From Macrostomum lignano (Eukaryota): a DNA stretch of 64,000 bases. A model generated the notes under the pieces. The model was given only the letters and a program-made list of their open reading frames with translations. It did not search any database and had not been told where the DNA came from. A program made the translations under genes and the position numbers. Position 1 is the stretch's first letter, and each line of letters opens with the position of its first letter. Below are positions 1 through 14,850 of this stretch, piece by piece. The DNA lies in the NCBI GenBank assembly GCA_002269645.1, contig NIVC01002056.1, positions 62,001 through 126,000 on the forward strand, written 5' to 3'.

Positions 1-1041
1 ACGCATAAATGCTCGATTTCCACATTGTCGCTCTCACTCAGTCTTGCCTGTGCTCACTCAGACAGCTGGCCCAGTTAATCCTGTCTCATCCTCGCATCCA
101 CCTGCAGCCGCCCTACTTGCCTCGAAACCGCCCCCTCACAGAGGCAGAGCAGAGTGACAGAAGATAAGCATATTTCTCTCAGTGACTGCATCTCTGAACA
201 GCTAGTTAGTTATTAATCGGCTTGCAAATTCTATCTTGCTCGCAGCATTAACCGCTCCGCTGATGAAGTGTAATTACTCGCTAATGCCTGCACAACTCGG
301 ACTGAAGAGAGAGAGAGAGAGAGAGTGAGAGTGAGTCAGTAACAAGAGATATTTAGAGCTCCGATAAATAAGCAGCAGGTAAGTAATTCTGGTGTGAAGA
401 TTAATGGAACTTCCATGATTACAATAAGTAGCTCAATATTCCAGTTTTCCAGTTTTCCATACGGCGGAACTTCTGGAACTTCAACTGGTGACCTCAAGCT
501 TCTTCGAGCACTCGATTGGGAAGAGAACAGCCTCCTAAAAATAGGGCTCCTTCTGTTAATTTACAACTTTAGCCCGTTTGATTGACATGTTAGGCAACTT
601 GTCATTGTTAAACAATGAGCTGGGATGCTGCAATATTGCATTAACCCCCTGCACTTGCTGGTCAAGCTTCACCCACTGATTGCCTGACTATAGCGCAAAC
701 TTTATCAGTCTGCAGTAAGGCTTGAGAGCCTAATGGAGATCCTGCAAAAGTGCAAAGTAATTATTAAGTGTAGCATTATGGGCAGGGGCAGAGTTAACTA
801 CAATTCCTGTCTGCCAATTATTGTCAATAAAGCTACTTAATGGAGCAGAGAGTTGATTATTCATAGTAGGCATGCTTGCTCACTACTTACTGTAAGTAGC
901 GATAGGTGAATGTGCAGTTTCTTGGAAATCAATCTTTCGCCAGCCTCGTGATAATCTCGTGTAAAAATACCTTGACCTATTTTAGCGATATTTTCAGTTT
1001 CTACAAGCAAAACAATTTGATAACATTTAGAAGATTGAAAA

Positions 1042-1759
1042 TTGAGAATCACACCTGAGTAGGTTGAGAATCACACCTGAATAGGTTGAGAATCACACCT
1101 GAGTAGGTTGAGAATCACACCTAATCAGATTGAGAATCACACATGAGTAGGTTGAGAATCACACCTGAATAGATTGAGAATCACACCTGAGTAGGTTGAG
1201 AATCACACCTAATCAGATTGAGAATCACACATGAGTAGGTTGAGAATCACACCTGAATAGATTGAGAATCACAACTGAGTAGGTTGAGAATCACACCTGA
1301 ATAGATTGAGAATCACACCTGAGTAAGGTTGAGAATCACACTTGAATAGATTGAGAATCACACCTGAATAGATTGAGAATCACACCTGAGTAGATTGAGA
1401 ATCACACCTGAATAGATTGAGAATCACACCTGAATAGATTGAGAATCACACCTGAATAGATTGAGAATCACACCTGAATAGATTGAGAATCACACCTGAG
1501 TAAGGTTGAGAATCACACTTGAATAGATTGAGAATCACACTTGAATAGATTGAGAATCACACCTGAATAGATTGAGAATCACACCTGAGTAGATTGAGAA
1601 TCACACCTGAATAGATTGAGAATCACACCTGAATAGATTGAGAATCACCCCTGAATAGATTGAGAATCACACCTGAATAGATTGAGAATCACACCTGAAT
1701 AGATTGAGAATCTCACCTGAGTAAGGTTGAGAATCACACATGAGTAGGTTGAGAATCAC
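1042..1759. repeat. Minisatellite, 22-bp unit (TTGAGAATCACACCTGA[A/G]TAG[A/G]), about 33 copies
   Basis: Direct tandem repetition with few variant positions. Confidence 0.95.
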
Positions 1760-2273
1760 TCGAGAACCTAATAAAAGCCTCATGTAAACTTTCCAGCCTC
1801 GCAGCGGCCTCAGAAGTTAATTAAGTCTGACTTGTTCAGCTTTTTAAGCTACACAGATCCACATCCTTGGCAAGCAGCCATAAATTTTTCTCTGCCCCGC
1901 CTTTCTCTTCATTACTCAGCTAAATCCGCTCCATACAGAAGCGGATGTCATTGTGTCAAGCTCAGGGGGAGTTTCCTTCCTTCAGGCCCGCGTGCATCCC
2001 CTTCATTTCTATTCCCATCCTCTCCAGTTTTTGCTCCTCCCACTTCCCAGTGCAGCTGGTTCTCAACTCCGGCCGTGGATTTCTATTATAAAGTATCTGG
2101 GGTGAAACGTTTCAGTTGGATCCCAGCAGCTTCTTGACGTCACCACAGAGGTCAATGCAGGTCGTGGACAATTCACAAGAAATTTCATCAATTTTGTTGT
2201 AACTTTTGTTGTGCTCAGCGGTGAACGCGTGTCTGACTATGACCCCTGGTTTGATTCCGTGAGCAGCCACATG

Positions 2274-2648
<375 letters not shown>

Positions 2649-3262
2649 TTGTAGTTAGCGAGTGAATCTGACAAACAGCTACATTAAGTCGGTCTGAATT
2701 TGGCGTGAATGATGATGCAATGGTGCTTTTGCTTATCAGAATCATCCAATTCAGACTCCAGCAATTATTTAGAACTCCATGACTCTAACTGCCTGGATCT
2801 GGTTCTGCTCTGTCCTAGACCTCTATCCCATAACAACACCTACTGGCCATGATGCAGGGTCGGTCTGCCCCCTCCCCTATTGAAAAGAAATTCTTTGTAT
2901 TGCTTTCTTACGTGCGCGGAACACGAGCCTACCCTGCAGTTAGTCAGATCCCATCGATTGCCCCATCTCCATCTTCCCAACTCCCCTCTTCTTTCCTTCT
3001 CTGCCTGCCTTTGTCTCTGCTCTCCCCTGTCGAAACCCAACTGACTAACCATTGGCGGGCTTGCCTCAGAGAGTAAGACAGCTGCAAGGCTCAAAGCTAA
3101 CCACCTCACCAGCCCCTGTGCTCAAAGAGAGAGAGAGAGAGGATAAATACATGTAGGATCGGCAAAAGCACAGAAGCAACAAAAAACTGCTTTGTTCACC
3201 AGACACACCTGCATCTGCACTGCCAATTTTTTAATTGCTTTCTGTTGTCAACAAAAAAAGCA

Positions 3263-3634
3263 ATGGCGACAGTCTCGCTGTTTCTGCCTCTTCTGCTACT
3301 AGCAGCAGCAGCATCAATCCGCACCTGCCAAGCCGTCACCCTGAAGCAGGGCATGGAGATGCCCGATGTCTACATCCACTACGACACCGACCTGTTCCAC
3401 ATCGGACTGCACTGCGGCCTGTCCCTGGCGACCATGTACGCCATCTTGTGCGGCATCTGGCTGCTGGTCACCGTCTACATGCTGGTCACCGGCACCAGAC
3501 GGAGGGGTCGAAGCTACGCGGACTCGCCGCACAAGAAAGCCGTCAGGTCTTTGTCGCAGAGTCGGCCGGAGCAGCCGGCCGCCGCCGCCGCCTCCGGAGA
3601 GACCGCCGCGTTGAAATCTGAGGAAGCCAAATGA
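3263..3634 (+). CDS. Small single-exon type-I membrane protein (123 aa), family not recognised
   Basis: ATG 3263 to TGA 3634 with GC-rich third codon positions. Hydrophobic signal peptide MATVSLFLPLLLLAAAASIRTCQA, short ectodomain, TM segment (IGLHCGLSLATMYAILCGIWLLVTVYMLVTG), then basic TRRRGR (positive-inside rule). Confidence 0.7.
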   Translation: MATVSLFLPLLLLAAAASIRTCQAVTLKQGMEMPDVYIHYDTDLFHIGLHCGLSLATMYAILCGIWLLVTVYMLVTGTRRRGRSYADSPHKKAVRSLSQSRPEQPAAAAASGETAALKSEEAK

Positions 3635-3774
3635 TTTGGTGTCTCTGAATTTGTAATGACAGGTGGCTCCAAGTTTGCGTCGCTGATTGCATCTGTGAGT
3701 TATGTCTCTGAACTGTGTCCTCTAGCTGTGTCTCTGGATGGCGCCTCTGTGTGCTTATGTTGTCTCTGTGTGTC

Positions 3775-4320
3775 GTGATTGTGTCTCTGGGTTGTGTCTC
3801 TGGGTTGTGTCTCTGGGTTGTTTTTCTGGGTTGTGTCTCTGGGTTGTGTCTCTGGGTTGTGTCTCTGGGTTGTGTCTCTGGGTTGTTTCTCTGGGTTGTT
3901 TCTCTGGGTTGCGTCTCTGGGTTGCGTTTCTGGGTTGTTTCTCTGGGTTGCGTCTCTGGGTTGCGTCTCTGGGTTGTTTCTCTGGGTTGTGTCTCTGGGT
4001 TGCGTCTCTGGGTTGTTTCTCTGGGTTGCGTCTCTGGGTTGCGTCTCTGGGTTGTTTCTCTGGGTTGCGTCTCTGGGTTTCGTCTCTGGGTTGTGTCTCT
4101 GGGTTGTGTCTCTGGGTTGCGTCTCTGGGTTGTTTCTCTGGGTTGCGTCTCTGGGTTTCGTCTCTGGGTTGTTTCTCTGGGTTGTTTCTCTGGGTTGCGT
4201 CTCTGGTTTGTGTCTCTGGTTTGTGTCTCTTGGTTGCGTCTCTCAGTCTCTGTGTCTGGACTGTGTCTCTGGGTTGTGTCTCGGAGTCGTGTCAAGTGTG
4301 TCTCTGATTTGTTTCTGAGC
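3775..4320. repeat. Minisatellite, 13-bp unit (GTGTCTCTGGGTT and variants)
   Basis: Tandem repetition; source of several overlapping artefact ORFs. Confidence 0.95.
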
Positions 4321-4760
4321 CGTTATATCATTTTCTAACAATTTTTATCTGCATGACGAGCGTCAGTAATTATTGAAGACAGCTTTCTATCCTCGATTTT
4401 TTGTCTATAATTTGTCTATCTCTGAGTTGTGTCTGTAGGCTTTGTCTGTCTCAACGTAAGTCAGAATTTCTCTAATTTTTCAGATATGTTAGTTCTCTAG
4501 ATTACAGAAAACATTTTTATCATCCATCAAATTTGACTCACCTGTTACAAGTCATCTCTAGGGCTTCGGATTTCCAATCTGATTAAAACTACGTCTAGCT
4601 GTTTTGTTTTAATGCACCCCCTGCCAGTGCGCACTTTTCTTGAATCAGCGTACATTAGCTTGCCTCTAAAAGAAGTTACCAATTTTAGAACTTTAAAAAT
4701 TTTAACGCGTTGCTGAAAAACTGAATTCCACATTGTGATAATATAACAATAATTGGACCG

Positions 4761-5071
4761 TAATTGATGAAACCTGCTCTAATAAGCAGATGATGTGCAA
4801 CCGACAGCTCAGCCGCAGCTATTGCGCGGCGCATCTGAAGGCTGCGTACGGCTGTTCAGTCCAAGGACTGTGAGGTCGCCACGCACACCCTCAATCACCC
4901 CAGCTAATGCTGGCACCCATTTTACAGCTGGGTGAACTGAAGCAATGCAGAGTTAAGTGTCTTGCTCAAGGACACAAAGTCACAAACTGTTCCGAGTGGG
5001 TCCAGAATCGAACCCCCGACCTTTCAATCGTGAGTCCGACGATCTAACCACTAGGCTACAACACCTGCCCC
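4761..5071 (-). mobile_element. tRNA-derived CORE-type SINE, copy 1 (near full length)
   Basis: Minus strand has A box TAGCCTAGTGG and B box GGTTCGATTC. Central TGTGTCCTTGAGCAAGACACTTAACTCTGCATTGCTTCAGTTCACCCAGCTGTAAAATGGG resembles the MIR/CORE domain. Three further copies in the window. Confidence 0.88.
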
Positions 5072-5442
5072 TCCCATTGTCATGCAGTGACGCAAACTTG
5101 TAATCAAGTCTATTCAGCAACGCGTTTGAACTTCAGTGCAATTTATACTCGTTTTGTTTGTTTTAGCAACCAACGAAATAAAAAACTAGTTAGCACTTTT
5201 ATTGCACTTACATCAGGCATCGCTTTTAATAAGAATTTCTTAATTTTCAATCACTTTTCCTAAAGTCGCTCTGTTTGAAATCAATGCAACGCTATTGTTG
5301 GGCTTTTTATATATCAGGCCTATCGTGGTTTCTGTGAGCAGGTATGCACCCTGCACCGTTACTCAAAAATTAATAAATGACAACTCAACACAATAAATGC
5401 AATCGAAACTGGCCCATGCTGGCTCCACAGTTGTTTGTACTT

Positions 5443-7039
<1,597 letters not shown>

Positions 7040-7444
7040 GCCCTGTTGAGTACGTACTTGTACGGGCGCACAGAGCCAATTATGGAATTGCAACTTTGCC
7101 AGCAGTTGCATACAAGCACAAACTGACAGCTTCATCGCTGCAAAGCGAGCTCTTATTTCATAATGAAGTGTGGATGACTAATTTGGCTTATTGCATGCCT
7201 TCGGCCAAGCCGCACCGTCTGCCGCTAGTAGCTCGTATCCTAATAGGGCCTCCCGACAATCGGATTACCCGTAAGTCCCTGTCACATGCAGTGACAGATT
7301 TAGCTTGAGTTTAGAAACTCACTCTCATTCTCTCCTGAGCAGCCTGCACGCTCTGTTTTTCTTCTCTGCTAACTCCGCCCTCCTGTGTTTCACCTTCGTT
7401 TGCATTTTTCAACTCTTTAAACTTCTTTATCAAAAAGTCGTTTT

Positions 7445-8016
7445 CTATCACTCTCTCTCTTTTTCTCTCCTCTCTTCATTCGTCTCTCATCTCACCAGTC
7501 TTCCATCCTCTCTCGTCGCTCCTCCTTCCTTTTTCCTCTCCTTTCTCTTCTCTCTTCTTTCTCTCCTTTCTTCTCTCGCTTCAATCTTTTCTCTCCTCTC
7601 TTCTCTCTCTCCTCTCATTTCTCTCCTCTCTTCTCTCTCTCCTCTCATTTCTCTCCTCTCTTATCTCTCTCCTCTCATTTCTCTCCTCTCTTCTCTCTCT
7701 CCTCTCATTTCTCTCCTCTCTTCTCTCTCTCCTCTCATTTCTCTCCTCTCTTCTCTCTCTCCTCTCATTTCTCTCCTCTCTTATCTCTCTCCTCTCATTT
7801 CTCTCCTCTCTTCTCTCTCTCCTCTCATTTCTCTCCTCTCTTCTCTCTCTCCTCTCATTTCTCTCCTGTCTTCTCTCGTTTCGATCTTTTCTCTCCTCTC
7901 TTCTCCATCTCCTCTCATATCTCTTCTCTCTCTCGTCTCATTTCTCTCATCTCTTCTCTCTCTCCTCTCTTCTCTCACTTCGATCTTTTCTCTCCTCTCT
8001 TCTCCCTCTCCTCTTT
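7445..8016. repeat. Polypyrimidine (CT-rich) tract with a 30-bp unit core (CTCTCCTCTCTTCTCTCTCTCCTCTCATTT)
   Basis: Identical 30-nt blocks repeated from about 7590 to 7870. Confidence 0.93.
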
Positions 8017-9214
8017 TCTTTTGAGTCTTGAGTCTTGCACTCAGAATAATAAGACTGCGGTGTGAGATTGAGGTGCAAAAACCCCCAAAAGACGAAACCA
8101 AGCCCAAAAAACATGCTGGGCAGGAAAGCCTGCATGCAGAGGGCCTGCAATTGACTCCGTGTTTCGGCCACGGTTAAAAATCCCCAGATGCCCTCCAGTT
8201 CCGTTTTCTTGCCATGTACTTACAGAAAAGGTTCAGTTATAATAATAGACTTTGTGAAAAGTTGAGAATTAGTTAATTCAGGAAATTCTACCCCATTAAA
8301 CTGAGAGCTTTTTTGCAATTGTGCATTGCAGATTTCAAGCATAGTGAGGTTACCTCAAAATTTGGTTCGTCTTTTACACCTAGAGATTCATTTCTCTCGG
8401 TAATGTTTCACTTTAAAGTTTCAAAGAGCAGTAGTTCCGGTTTAAGAGAAAAACCTCAATTCGGAAAGTACATTATGCTGTAAAGGAAAGTAGAAGACAG
8501 GAGTTTAGCAGAGTATGGCCGCCACCCAGATCAATAATTAATTTCGCCAAGGCTCACTGGCTGAAGCAATAAAGGTGGCTCAGGACCAGGTAAAAGCATT
8601 CAGACCATGCAGGCCCTTGAAAACTGGTGCGGAATAATTAACGAGATCATCGATTTTCATAACCGCCTATCGCATTCAGTCTTCTACTTTTTACAAGTAA
8701 GCTGGTGGAACTTTATAATATAAAAAAACAATTTGTGCTTCATAAAGTGTCTTACGCTACATATCGGTACATTAAGCACAAGTAAATGTGATATTGTACA
8801 GACTGTGCTTCGCCAAAAACATTACTGATATAAACCCCCTCCGAAACCCACCTTATCTTATAGTTGCTATGGAAACGTTTCTGTCGCCAAAAGGCATTAA
8901 AAATCTCGAAATAGTCTTGGCTGCTTTGAAGCCTCGAAACTTATCTCGCTGCTTTCAGCGGGCTAAAATACAGTCTGTGTAAACCCAGACATTATATTTG
9001 TTTCTCTACGCAAATTATGAAAGTGCAAACGTTTGAGATCGAGTTCGCTGATGCTGCTCGAAATCCTAACTCGGTCTACCATTCGGGTCAACTGGTGACC
9101 TTCAATGTTCACCTGAAACTGCTGCAGCCAGTTAAGTGCAGAGGTGAGTTTTCACAGTTTAAGAGAGGTAATTGAGCGAAAGAGAAGCAATTTCAACAAC
9201 GAACAGACCAACAA

Positions 9215-9476
9215 GCAACCGACAGCTCAGCCGCAGCTATTGCGCGGCGCATCTGAAGGCTGCGTACGGCTGTTCAGTCCAAGGACTGGGGGGTCGCCAC
9301 ACACAGCCTCAATTACCCCAGCTAATGCTGGCGGCACCCACTTTACAGCTGGGTGAACTGAAGCAATGCAGAGTTAAGTGTCTTGCTCAAGCACACAGAT
9401 TGTTCCGAGTAGGTCGAGAATCGAACCCCCGACCTTTCAGTCGTGAATCCGACGCTCTTATCACTGCTACGACCCC
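9215..9476 (-). mobile_element. CORE-type tRNA SINE, copy 2 (intron 1 of arrestin A, antisense to the gene)
   Basis: High similarity to 4761-5071 over about 260 bp. Confidence 0.88.
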
Positions 9477-11409
9477 TAAAACCAGAATCTTCTAAACCAT
9501 AAAGTATCGCATTAATCCGGCTCTCTACAATGTCACCTCTTTACTCGTACATATAAAAGCATTCGAACCTAACCACTTACCAATGTTAATGTGCAGCTGT
9601 GTACGCTTCGCTGCACGGCAGCTCAAATGTGCACTGGTCGGAGAGCCGCTCCTCGGGCTCTGGGAAGTCGCGACGAAGTCGCACAGTGCACTACCGATCA
9701 GAGGAGATCTACATCGACCAGACACTGGCCGTCTACAGTGAGTGCGCATCAGCAGATTTTTTTTCTCGTGTTATAAAATACTTGAGCTTGATCAAACACT
9801 AGAGCTTAACGATGTCTAAAAACAAAACCTCACAGCCCCTCCCAGCGATGGACCTTTAGCCAGCCACCATCCAGCCGGCGAGTTCTACTATCCCGTGACT
9901 TTCCAGCTGCCCGCCACAGCTCCATCATCCTTTGAAGGCGGCATCGGCAAGATTCGGTACCGTATTCGAGCGAACATCGACCGGCCCTGGCGATTCGACA
10001 CTGTGACGCAGAAGATGTACACAGTCATACGCGACCTCGACCTGAACTTGGAGCCGGCAAACTTGATTGGGCCGCATTCGACCAGCGACGAGTACGATGT
10101 CAACTTCTGCTCGTGCTTCACGTGCTGCTTCGGTCAGGTTCGGGTGAGCATCGAGCTGGACAAGAAAGGCTTTGTGCCCGGCGAATCTGTCAGGATTGGT
10201 GGCGAACTGGTGAACACCTCCAGCGTCGACCTGGATAGTGTCAGCTTGGAGCTGTACCAGGTAAATCCTGCGCGTGTTCCTGCGTATTTATGTAAGAGTC
10301 CAGAAAGAAGTAAAGCATTGTTAGAGAATCAATGCAAGCGTTGCGTGCAGGTTAATCTGAGTTGGGAAGCACGACAACTGATAGTCCACTCAGCTCTGAT
10401 ACATTTGGAGCAGCAGCTCTAAGGTTTTTGGTACAAATACTTGGTGTAGGAGTTGCGATCGCAAAATTCGCACCGGGAAAGACAATTGCTATTTGTTATT
10501 ATCATCATTAGGTATAAAAATCCGGAGTACCTGATCAAGTACTTCACTATAAGATGCATTTTCCTAAATGTAAGTACCCGCGTACCTAAGTACGTTGGCC
10601 GAGAAAGTTTACTCACTACAGCGCAAGTAATTACAGTACACCTTGCAATTACGAAGCACCACCTGGAGCATGCAATAATCTTCTCTCCGCTCGCACCCAT
10701 TTTTTGCGCAGAAAATTCTCTTCCACGCTGAAGGCAAAACTCGGACGACAACTCGAGTGACCGCGACAGCCGAGCTACCGGGGCTGCAGCGGCGGCGCTC
10801 CATGCCGCTCAGTGCTGTGTGTGCCGCCGTTGCCCAGCAGCCGCATCGACGGGTGCAACAACATCGAGGCGCACTACTATCTCAGGGTGAGCAGGGCAGG
10901 GGGCTCAACAGCTCAATTGGTAAGGTGTCCATCTCTCGTGCCAAGGTAATCCGGGTTAGACTCCGTGCGCAGCCACGCCCGATTTATGCCCACGAGGGCC
11001 AGCCCCAAGCACTGCTCAAAGCATTTACAGCACTGCTCAAAGCCCATCTGCAAACTCACTAACTTTGGTGAGAGATAGTCAAAAGCTGACCGATTTAGCT
11101 AATCTATTTTATGCAGACTAATTTCTACTATTGATATTATGCAGTAGTAGTATAAGAGCATGAACTTTGCTTAATTTTATTACATCGTATTTTAAATGAT
11201 TGAGGACATCGAAGAGTAGCTCGTAGTTGAGGCTTAAAGCAGCCAGAGGCAACTAAGAATGCGGTGGTTAGAATTCCACTGACCACTTGAGGCACACAAC
11301 AGGAATACATGCAGTACAGTATTGCACATTTGCACTCTAGCTGCCCTTACTATCTCATTGTCATACTATATACGGTACACATGCCTTTGAGTGTGAATCA
11401 TGCCTTGGG

Positions 11410-11720
11410 GCTCATCATGCTCATTATGCTCATCCTGCTCATCATGCTCATCATGCTCATTATGCTCATAATGCTCATCATGCTCATCATGCTCATCATG
11501 CTCATCATGCTCATCATGCCCATCATGCTCATCATGCTCATCATGCTCATCATGCTCATCATACTCATCATGCTCATCATGCTCATCATGCTCATCATGC
11601 TCATCATGCTCATCATACTCATCATGCTCATCATGCTCATCATGCTCATCATGCTCATCCTGCTCATCATACACTCAACATCTGTTCATCATACTCACCA
11701 TATGTTCACCATACTCATCA
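11410..11720. repeat. 9-bp minisatellite (CTCATCATG)n in arrestin A intron 4
   Basis: Direct observation. Confidence 0.95.
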
Positions 11721-12450
11721 TACCTGTAGTTTAGCGAGTCAGACACTAATTAAAGGTGTCAGTAGATTATATATATATGAACATAACGAACTCAAAAATA
11801 AACTCAAATTTGCAGCTAGTAGCAGACGGCGGCTGCTGCCTATCGGTAAAGCAGGAATGCTGTGAGCTCATCATTGGCAGCATTCCGCTGTGGTCCAGCC
11901 TGCATCATCAGGCTGCTCTGCCCTCTGCACCTGTCATCGCAGGTAAAATTTACAGGTCTTGGTTAATTAACCATGTTGGAACATGCAGGCACTAGAGCTA
12001 TTTCTTACACAACTACAGAGCCGCCTTCATACGAAGAGTGCGTGTTCGGTAGGCAAGATGTCGATCTGGCCGATGGGTCATTGGTTGCTGGAGGCGGAGG
12101 CGGTGCCGCCAGCTCCCGTCAGGCTCAGTGGGCGCCCAGCTATCCAGTGTACCATCAGAATCGCCAGCACTCACTTGGATTGCCTCCGGTCGCGTGAAAC
12201 TTTTATTTGAAACTTTAAAAAAAACAATAACTTGAATTTGGGACAAGTGGCAATTGTACCGCAAAGGACCAAAAAGCCAAATTTTTCAAAAATATCTAGA
12301 CATATGATAAAAAATTATTGGTAGATAAAGTTATTCAAAAGATTCGTACCCAAGCTCCATAAGTTCTTCAAGAAGTTCAGTAGATGGAAAAATGCTCTTT
12401 TTAGTGTTGGTGTTGGAACACTGATGTCTATATTGCAGCATTTATTGCAA

Positions 12451-12655
12451 TAGTAGCGCCCATCTAAGAGACAGTAGCGCCCATCTAAGAGACAGTAGCG
12501 CCCATCTAAGAGACAGCGGCGCCCATCTAAGAGACAGCTAGCGGCGTCCATCTAAGAGACAGTGGCGCCCATCTAAGAGACAGCGGCGTCCATCTAAGAG
12601 ACAGTGGCGCCCATCTAAGAGACAGCGGCGTCCATCTAACAGACAGTGGCGCCTA
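12451..12655. repeat. 21-bp minisatellite (AGTAGCGCCCATCTAAGAGAC and variants), about 9 copies
   Basis: Direct observation. Confidence 0.9.
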
Positions 12656-12785
12656 CTCTGTGAGGGACTGTGACGTGGCATCTGTGACATGGCATAAGTT
12701 ATTTTTATTAAAAATCATCAATGTGATTAGCTTATTTTTTTTCTACTAGAGGCAGAGGGCTGTGTGCACCCTTGGACACTTTAAG

Positions 12786-13062
12786 CGACATTGTCACACA
12801 ACCGGCGAGAGGCATTACTGCCCATTCCACCGACTCCCCTGAGCAGGCACACAAGCGCGCGGATACGTACGCAGTCAAGCGCACAGGCACACACTCACAC
12901 AGGAGTGTACAGCGGCCCTAACTTTATTTTCTGGATGTACACTTCACTGTGCCTTGGGGTTTGGCCCTCAAGTGCGGCCCCTAATTTATGACTGCATTTG
13001 GAATCGAGCCTGGGCCGCTGGCACATCAAAGCGCCGCGCTAGACCGCTAGGCTAATCCCCCC
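12786..13062 (-). mobile_element. Second tRNA-derived SINE family, copy a
   Basis: Minus strand head GGGGGATTAGCCTAGCGGTCTAGCGCGGCG...GGCTCGATTCC (A and B boxes). Reverse-complement match to 22263-22581 along its length. Confidence 0.8.
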
Positions 13063-14011
13063 ACTGGTTACTTTTATTTTCGCAATTCATCATTAATTAC
13101 AATATTTAAAAAAAAATATTGCAGATTCCAATTACAGTTTTTATAGATTAGGCTGTAGACAGAACGAAAATATGATTAATACAATATTGATTTTATTGGT
13201 AACTTTATTGAAAAAAATGAATCGTGTGCAATACAATCTGTGGGAAAATGCGATAAAAATTGAAATGCTTGTACAAGTATTGAAAAAATGTCCCAGCGTA
13301 TTGGAGTTAAAATAAGTCTGCTTGAAATTTCGAGAGGAATATGAAATAATATGAAGCGGATTCAAGAGTTCAAACGAAAGGATAAAAAGTAAAAAAACTA
13401 GTCAACAATAGATGAAATGATATCATGTACAAATGTAGCTACGAGTATTTTTACGTAGAGGTATGATGCAATATAGTTAATGAAAAAGAAAAAACTGCAA
13501 ATTTTCATGATAAAAAAATCATTTTATTGGCGTATGTTTTTGCTTTTCGAAGCGACTCTTTTTTCCGCGACTTACTTAGTCATTTTTTCAGTATGTCTCC
13601 ACTTTGTCTCTGTTTACTCTTTTTCTCTCACTCTCTGCCCAGTTCTGTCTTGTTATTCTTATCTTTCACTGGCTGCCTTCTGATCGGCTCTTCAATCTTG
13701 CCTCTCTCATTGCCTCTCGTTGCTTCGTCTACCGGCTTCTCAACTCTTCGCTTGGCATCTCTTTCTACTCTCGGGCTGTCGGTCTCGTCTTCCGTCGGAG
13801 TCTGTGCCGGCGGCATATCTCGCCGGTTTCTCTCGTCAATTTTCTTCAGTCTGTTCCGCTCATTCTCGCTTGTCAGTATCCAGTGTCATTCGTTCTTTAT
13901 ATCAACTCGATTTCTCATCTCATTCTGGTATTCAACAGACTCAATATGCTTCTACATTTTTTGTGAACTGAACAAGACGTCATCAATTAAGAATTAAAAG
14001 TCGCGACACTC

Positions 14012-14850
14012 CTAACAGATGAAGGCTGTCAGCGTGGCCAAGATGCTGCCCTGACAAGCGGGACACCGCGACGCGGTACTCAAGCACCGGTGACAGGCGC
14101 TGAAGTGAGTGCAGGGCAGGATCACGCGGTCTCGGACTGACGTTTGGCAAACCATGCATCGATCGCTCGATGATTCGGCGAGGCCTTCGCTAAAGTTTCC
14201 CACTGTAGTCGGCGGAGCGGCAGCCGACGGCACAACCAGGGCAGCCGGATGATTAACTTGAAATTCCGTATTTTGCGCCGTTGTCGGTAGAGGCATTTCC
14301 TGCAAAACCGATCGAATATCTACAGCCGAGAGTAAACCCATCGACGAGGTTGTTTCCAGTGCATCCTGGCAGGCCAGGACCTTCTCAATCAGGTCACCCG
14401 GTCGGCGTGGTGCCGGCAGGTCCAGCAAGTGGCTGTGAGCGACTGTGTAGTCAACCAGACGTCTGGGATAGCCGAACGATTCAACTATGCCGCTGATTGG
14501 CTGTTCGATGCTGCTGCGAAGCGTTTGCAAAGTTTGCACAGCTCTGCTCTTCTCCGATTGGTCAGCTTGAGTCAAAGATCCCGTCTGGGACAGCAGGCTG
14601 ACCAGGCGATAGTAGCTGCACTGCAAACCTGTGGCAGGATGCTGCTGTATTGCACCAGCTGTAGCTTGCTGACCGCAGCAGTAGCAAACCAGCTGTCCGG
14701 ACTCCGAAGCCCGGAACAGGCCCGCATCGGCTACGGATTCTTCCGCCGCCGATCTCCTATCTGGCTCGGTATTGGCTAAAGAAGCTAGACGAGGAGATTT
14801 CAGAGCATGGCTTGGATGCCGACTGGTTATGGAGCATTTCAACCATAGTA
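14012..14850 (-). CDS. IAP-like protein, terminal exon: degenerate BIR, UBA-like segment and C-terminal C3HC4 RING
   Basis: RLASL...AGLF...VCYCC...QH...C resembles BIR. CMVCQTSVRDRVILPCTHFSACHRCLSTASRCPAC is an IAP-type RING at the extreme C terminus. No ATG near the 5' end of the frame; acceptor TTCCAG at 14851-14856, so upstream exons are required and unresolved. Confidence 0.8.

Larger units (their letters stand above)
9017..12197 (+). pseudogene. Alpha-arrestin (ARRDC-like) copy A, six exons, 5-nt frameshift in exon 4 (pseudogene or assembly error)
   Basis: Exons 9017-9143, 9597-9737, 9836-10260, 10712-10886, 11816-11942, 12019-12197, all GT-AG. Motifs PSSFEGGIGKIRYRIRANIDRPW, RDLDLN, KKGFVPGE, GCNNI, C-terminal PPSY and WAPSYPVY. 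Exon 4 is 175 nt versus 180 nt in three paralogs, with the frame switch at about 10817-10821. Confidence 0.9.

Noticed and set aside
3543-4338. ORFs of 180-250 aa (RRNPETQP / LWVVSLG)
   Set aside because: Translations of the 13-bp minisatellite, open in several frames.
4990-5071. tRNA gene candidates (also 9400-9476, 13000-13062, 60280-60355)
   Set aside because: A and B boxes are present, but there is no complete cloverleaf and they continue into a shared SINE body.
13500-13920. Charged minus-strand frame (ERNRLKKIDERNRRD...RVERDAKRRVEK)
   Set aside because: Interrupted by stops, low complexity, no recognisable domain; may be decayed TE sequence but unsupported.
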